From the NCBI GenBank assembly GCA_964348825.1, contig CAYGDX010000002.1, positions 80,609 to 144,608 of the forward strand: DNA of 64,000 nt, read 5' to 3'. The notes beneath the pieces are model-generated. The model ran no database searches and was not told the origin of the DNA. It saw only the letters and a list, made by a program, of their open reading frames with translations. Shown here piece by piece: positions 60,108 to 64,000 of this stretch. The stretch comes from an uncultured Gammaproteobacteria bacterium. Its GTDB lineage: Bacteria; Patescibacteriota; Patescibacteriia; Veblenbacterales; UBA10138. How positions within the stretch are numbered: the stretch's first letter is position 1; each line of letters starts with the position of its first letter. The position numbers and the translations under genes were made by a program.

Positions 60108-60575
60108 TCATTCCAACAACCAACTAAAATAATTTCCTAATAATTCCGGAAATAGCCTTGGTAAGCCAGTAGCCAAGGTAGCCACATAAAAAGCCATACA
60201 AACGTAAGCAATTTTTTTATGTCGCCCTTGTTTTGCCTTAAGTCCACTATATTTGGTTAGCAGTAAAGTTAATAAAATAACATAACCAACTGCCACGCTG
60301 ATATGTAACCAAAAAAACCAATTATGTGACGAACGTCCGATATTCATAGCATAAGCCTCAGTAACCAGCACTGACATAAATGTAGCAGTTGCCACCCAAC
60401 GAGCTAATGAACGATGGATTTTTATAATTTTTTCTTCATCTACTCCTTTTTCAGATAACCGATTGTGACGAATTTGGCGTATTCTTTTGCCATAACCAGC
60501 GGTTAATGACAAAAGCACTAGAGTAATGAAAAAAGATACTGCCACTAGTAAGCGCATAAAAAATGCATTTTCCAT
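60108..60575 (-). CDS. hypothetical membrane protein (4 TM)
   Basis: 155-aa ORF with four TM helices. Confidence 0.4.
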   Translation of the reverse strand: MENAFFMRLLVAVSFFITLVLLSLTAGYGKRIRQIRHNRLSEKGVDEEKIIKIHRSLARWVATATFMSVLVTEAYAMNIGRSSHNWFFWLHISVAVGYVILLTLLLTKYSGLKAKQGRHKKIAYVCMAFYVATLATGLPRLFPELLGNYFSWLLE

Positions 60576-60726
60576 ATATTTTCCTTTTAAAAGTTCAATG
60601 TTTGTGTAATTTATCTGTTGGTTACACCTTATTAAAAAAATACACGTTTGTCAAACGTGCAAGGTAAAATATGTTTTATAATCTTCTGGATTCCCCTTTT
60701 CAGGGGAATGACAACGGCTAGAATCC

Positions 60727-61776
60727 TCACTTTATAAAGCTCGCTTCCCGCGCTACTTGCATCGCTTGTTTAATTTCATCTAAACTTAGTACATTATTTT
60801 CAAGTAATAACTCTATTTCTTTTTTCATATTGGTACGCAATAAAAATGGACCGTCGGTATTTATTGTATAGCGTACGCCAAACTTCTTAAATTTAGCTAA
60901 AATTTCTCGCAAGTGATCCCAACTATTCACGGCATTGGTTTGAATATTGGAAGATGGGCAAATTTCAAGCACTGTACCAGCGGCTGCTAACTCTGTCATC
61001 AGACCTTCATCTTTCGCGGCTTGCACGCCATGGCCGATTCGCTCTGGATTAATATCTCGCAACACCTGCCTTAAACTTTCCGGCCCTGTGGCATCGGTTT
61101 CGCCAGTATGTACTGTAATGCCAAGCCCCCGCTCGCGCGCTTCGGCAAATAATTTTACGTAACGACCAAAATCTTTATCATTTTCAAAAGTATGCTTTTC
61201 TGGCCCCGCAATATCTATACCTACTACCCCCCATTTAAAATAATGCATGGCTTTGCGCACAATAATTTCATTAAGCTCAAAAGGAAATTCTCGCGCCAAA
61301 CAAAAAATAAGTCCAGCTTTCACACTATAATCTAAAATCGCCTTATCCATACCATGCACCGCCGCCTGTATAATATGATCCAAATCCATTTCGCCACCCT
61401 TATTACGCTTCATTGGGTTAAACCTAAGTTCAATTTTTGAAACATTAGACGAACGATATTCTTTGGAGATAATTTCGTAAATACAACGTTCAATCGCTTC
61501 GGGTGATGATTGAATTTTTTCCGTCCACTGGTGCATAATTTCCACATAGTCATTTAAATTTTTTACATTTTCTGAACTAGCAGTAATTAATTTCCAAAAA
61601 TCCCAATAAGTTTTGGCCGGCAATTTCATACCATGTTTATGCGCAATTTCCCACATAATATGCGGCGCCACCGCACCACCGACGTGAATATGTAAATCAA
61701 CTAATTCTTCCTGTAAACGATTTTTAAAATGAATCATACTAAGTAAGAGTATAAAATATAAACAAACAAGAGCCAA
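60727..61776 (-). CDS. add: adenosine deaminase family protein
   Basis: HIHVGG (HxH), HTGE, and TINTDGP (SLNTDDP-like) metal/catalytic motifs. True start probably at the internal Met. Confidence 0.8.
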   Translation of the reverse strand: MALVCLYFILLLSMIHFKNRLQEELVDLHIHVGGAVAPHIMWEIAHKHGMKLPAKTYWDFWKLITASSENVKNLNDYVEIMHQWTEKIQSSPEAIERCIYEIISKEYRSSNVSKIELRFNPMKRNKGGEMDLDHIIQAAVHGMDKAILDYSVKAGLIFCLAREFPFELNEIIVRKAMHYFKWGVVGIDIAGPEKHTFENDKDFGRYVKLFAEARERGLGITVHTGETDATGPESLRQVLRDINPERIGHGVQAAKDEGLMTELAAAGTVLEICPSSNIQTNAVNSWDHLREILAKFKKFGVRYTINTDGPFLLRTNMKKEIELLLENNVLSLDEIKQAMQVAREASFIK

Positions 61777-61869
61777 AGTGGCTCCTTATCACTTTTATGT
61801 AGTTTAACAAAAAAATAAAATTGGGGCAAACTGAAGGTCTTGCGGAGATCATTAGGTCTCTCTACGAGA

Positions 61870-63102
61870 TTAAATCTTCTCCAGCGCCACAATCTCCCGC
61901 ACCACATGTTGATTGGGGCGAGAGTAAGTTAAAATATTATTTGACATAAGCCAACTGGCTGGCGCTGTTTCTGGTAAAATATTTTTTAACTTAAAACTAT
62001 ATTTAGTAAGTTCTGATTCTAAATTTAATCTAATTACTTCATTACCTAATCGGAAGCTTGGCCAAACCATCACCACCCGACCACTTGATACAAGTAAATC
62101 TGAAAAAACTTTTAAAACTCGGATATAAAATTCTGTTAATTCTTTTTGAATTTTAATAATATCAGCTTTAGTTTCACGACCACGAAGAGCCGGGCCTAAA
62201 TACGGCTCAGTAACTATCACATCAAACGAACCCGTACCAAACTTACTTGGTAAATCAAAAATATCTGATTGCAAAATTCTTACAGTCGTGGTTAATAACG
62301 GATTATTTTTTTTCAACCACTGCCAATTTGTTTCAGAATCTTTTATGGCTTGAACGCTTATATCTGAGCCAGTTAAATTTTTGTAGCCCAAAATCGCAGC
62401 TTCTTGCAAAACTGTGCCTGAACCACAAAAAGAGTCCAAAATTTTATCGGTTTCAGAAGCGCCTGATAAATTTATCATCATGCGTGCCAGTTTAGGCGGC
62501 AACATACCTGATTTAGAATCACGACTGGGACGACCAAAATCTCTCGCCCCCCACTCTTCAAACGATTGCACCCAAATCGTTCGACCGACCAATAATTTTC
62601 CACGTGCAGGAATAATAATAAATTCAAAGCCACTGGTAATTAATAATTTGTTTTTTGCCACTACCACCGAAGATAACTGCGGTTCACGCGAAACCACCAA
62701 ACGTGCACGACGACCACTTTCTTTAATTAAATACTTTAAATGCAAGCCAACTTTATTAAGCCACGGCAATTTAACATCATAAGTGCTAAAACCTAGATAA
62801 CACGGTCCATCAGTTCGCTTTAAATGTTCTAAAATAAAATCGCCAAAAACTTCTTGATTAGAATCAACCTCACCTAAAACCTCCGCCACCTTGACCGTAC
62901 CAGCTAGTTTATCTATTATTCCCTTACTTAAATCCGCCTCAACTACGGCATATAATTGAGTAATATTCAACCAATTGTGATTTATTTTAAAAGAATATAG
63001 AACCAAGGAAATTTCTGCTACCGACAAAATTGGCTCTCGACCTAAAATAAAAATGTATTTCATAATTACATTATACCTATTAATCAACTTAAACTGAAAC
63101 AA
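61870..63102 (-). CDS. THUMP-domain RNA (guanine-N2) methyltransferase, Trm11/Trm14/TrmN-like
   Basis: THUMP-like N-half. MTase motif I DSFCGSGTVLQEA, motif IV VTEPY, and GMLPPKLARMMINLS. Confidence 0.55.
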   Translation of the reverse strand: MFQFKLINRYNVIMKYIFILGREPILSVAEISLVLYSFKINHNWLNITQLYAVVEADLSKGIIDKLAGTVKVAEVLGEVDSNQEVFGDFILEHLKRTDGPCYLGFSTYDVKLPWLNKVGLHLKYLIKESGRRARLVVSREPQLSSVVVAKNKLLITSGFEFIIIPARGKLLVGRTIWVQSFEEWGARDFGRPSRDSKSGMLPPKLARMMINLSGASETDKILDSFCGSGTVLQEAAILGYKNLTGSDISVQAIKDSETNWQWLKKNNPLLTTTVRILQSDIFDLPSKFGTGSFDVIVTEPYLGPALRGRETKADIIKIQKELTEFYIRVLKVFSDLLVSSGRVVMVWPSFRLGNEVIRLNLESELTKYSFKLKNILPETAPASWLMSNNILTYSRPNQHVVREIVALEKI

Positions 63103-63217
63103 TAATCCTACTTTACCTAAAAAACCACTAAAATGCTACAATACATCTAACGTTGATACAATCAATTCAACTAAATTAAATCGTTCTTTTACATCACAAA
63201 AAATATAAAGGTAATTT

Positions 63218-64000
63218 ATGTTCTTATATAAAAATCAAATAGAAGTGCTTAAAACTATAGATCCAAGAATTAAAGCGATGATACAAAAACACGTAGCTCA
63301 AAAAAAAATATGGGGACCTAGTAATTTACTCCCAATTGAAGATCTCCCCAATACACTCGAAAAACTAAGGCTCTATGCCGCTAGTTTGCCAAACGAACTT
63401 AAAATTGTATTGTTTATGAATTTACTAACCGAAGAGGGTCTGCCCATGTTTGTAAGGGTTCTTGGTCTTAGCTTAGAACAAACATTGTCAGTATTAAGTG
63501 AGTGGCTTGCATTGTGGACAGCTGAAGAAGAATGCCACGGAGCTATACTTACTCGTTATGCTACTCTAACTAACATCTTTAATATGGAAAAACTTGAAAA
63601 TCACTTGTTTGAATATTTAAAAACTGGTTACAATCCTAAATGGGCCTATCAACCATTTGCTACAGTAGCTTACACAATTATGCAAGAAAGAGCTACACAA
63701 GTATCACATGCTAGTGTAGCAAAGCAAGTTGGAGAATATGATCCACTACTCCAAAAAATTCTAGGCACTATAGCGCGTGATGAACAATTACACTATAATT
63801 TCTATCTTGATTTATACAAAGAAATTATTAAGTTAGAACCCAATGAGGCCTTACTTGTCGCAAGTCAAATGTGGCAATTTATTGAAATGCCAGGAGCTTC
63901 GCAAGCTAATTTTAAAAATTTTGCTCAAGTCGCTAGCCAATTAAGAATTTATAGTTTAATACAATATAAGGAAATTGTAGAAAAGGTTATACAAGAGTTA
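63218..64000 (+). CDS. acyl-ACP desaturase-like diiron (ferritin-like) protein, C-terminus beyond window
   Basis: ATG with AAAGG RBS. The two diiron motifs EEECHG and ARDEQLHY resemble the EENRHG / DExRH of soluble acyl-ACP desaturases. The open frame runs to the window end. Confidence 0.5.
   Translation, partial: MFLYKNQIEVLKTIDPRIKAMIQKHVAQKKIWGPSNLLPIEDLPNTLEKLRLYAASLPNELKIVLFMNLLTEEGLPMFVRVLGLSLEQTLSVLSEWLALWTAEEECHGAILTRYATLTNIFNMEKLENHLFEYLKTGYNPKWAYQPFATVAYTIMQERATQVSHASVAKQVGEYDPLLQKILGTIARDEQLHYNFYLDLYKEIIKLEPNEALLVASQMWQFIEMPGASQANFKNFAQVASQLRIYSLIQYKEIVEKVIQEL

Overview
This window is an AT-rich (roughly 35-38% GC by eye), gene-dense bacterial segment. Its features point to a reduced-genome Patescibacteria/CPR-like organism (inference): the core is a near-complete str / S10 / spc ribosomal-protein superoperon on the minus strand (rpsL-rpsG-fusA-[Phd-like ORF]-tuf-rpsJ-rplC-...-rpsE-rplO-secY-[inserted SDR + secreted protein]-adk-map). 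L30 (rpmD) is absent, rpoBC is not upstream of rpsL, and the infA/rpmJ/rpsM/rpsK/rpoA block does not follow map. Flanking genes are housekeeping and salvage functions: dnaB, ybaB, recR, rplU, ruvX, rpmB, prfB (with its classical +1 programmed frameshift clearly visible), purA, add, pgeF, a MazG-like protein, a ClpC-like ATPase, comFC, two tRNA-Ser genes, a tRNA-Pro, ychF, a DEAD-box helicase, an ECF sigma module, and a split comEC. The standard genetic code is used (UGA acts as a stop at the prfB shift site). The intergenic regions carry several families of palindromic, MITE/REP-like repeats, including copies inside the ribosomal-protein operon. Candidate systems worth follow-up are: (1) a split ComEC - pseudo-receiver - long adenylate-kinase-like - small Cys-protein operon, a possible DNA-uptake/nucleotide-salvage module; (2) a CofE(FolC2)-like ligase - DHFR-like - YhhQ/VUT transporter operon, a possible minimal folate or deazapurine salvage module; (3) a TrpR/YerC-like regulator plus a stand-alone TrpB2, with a trp-operator-like palindrome and an attenuator-like leader; (4) an ECF sigma/anti-sigma plus a ZraP/Spy-like Met-rich periplasmic protein. 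Coordinates of short RNA and repeat features are hand-derived and approximate to a few nt.
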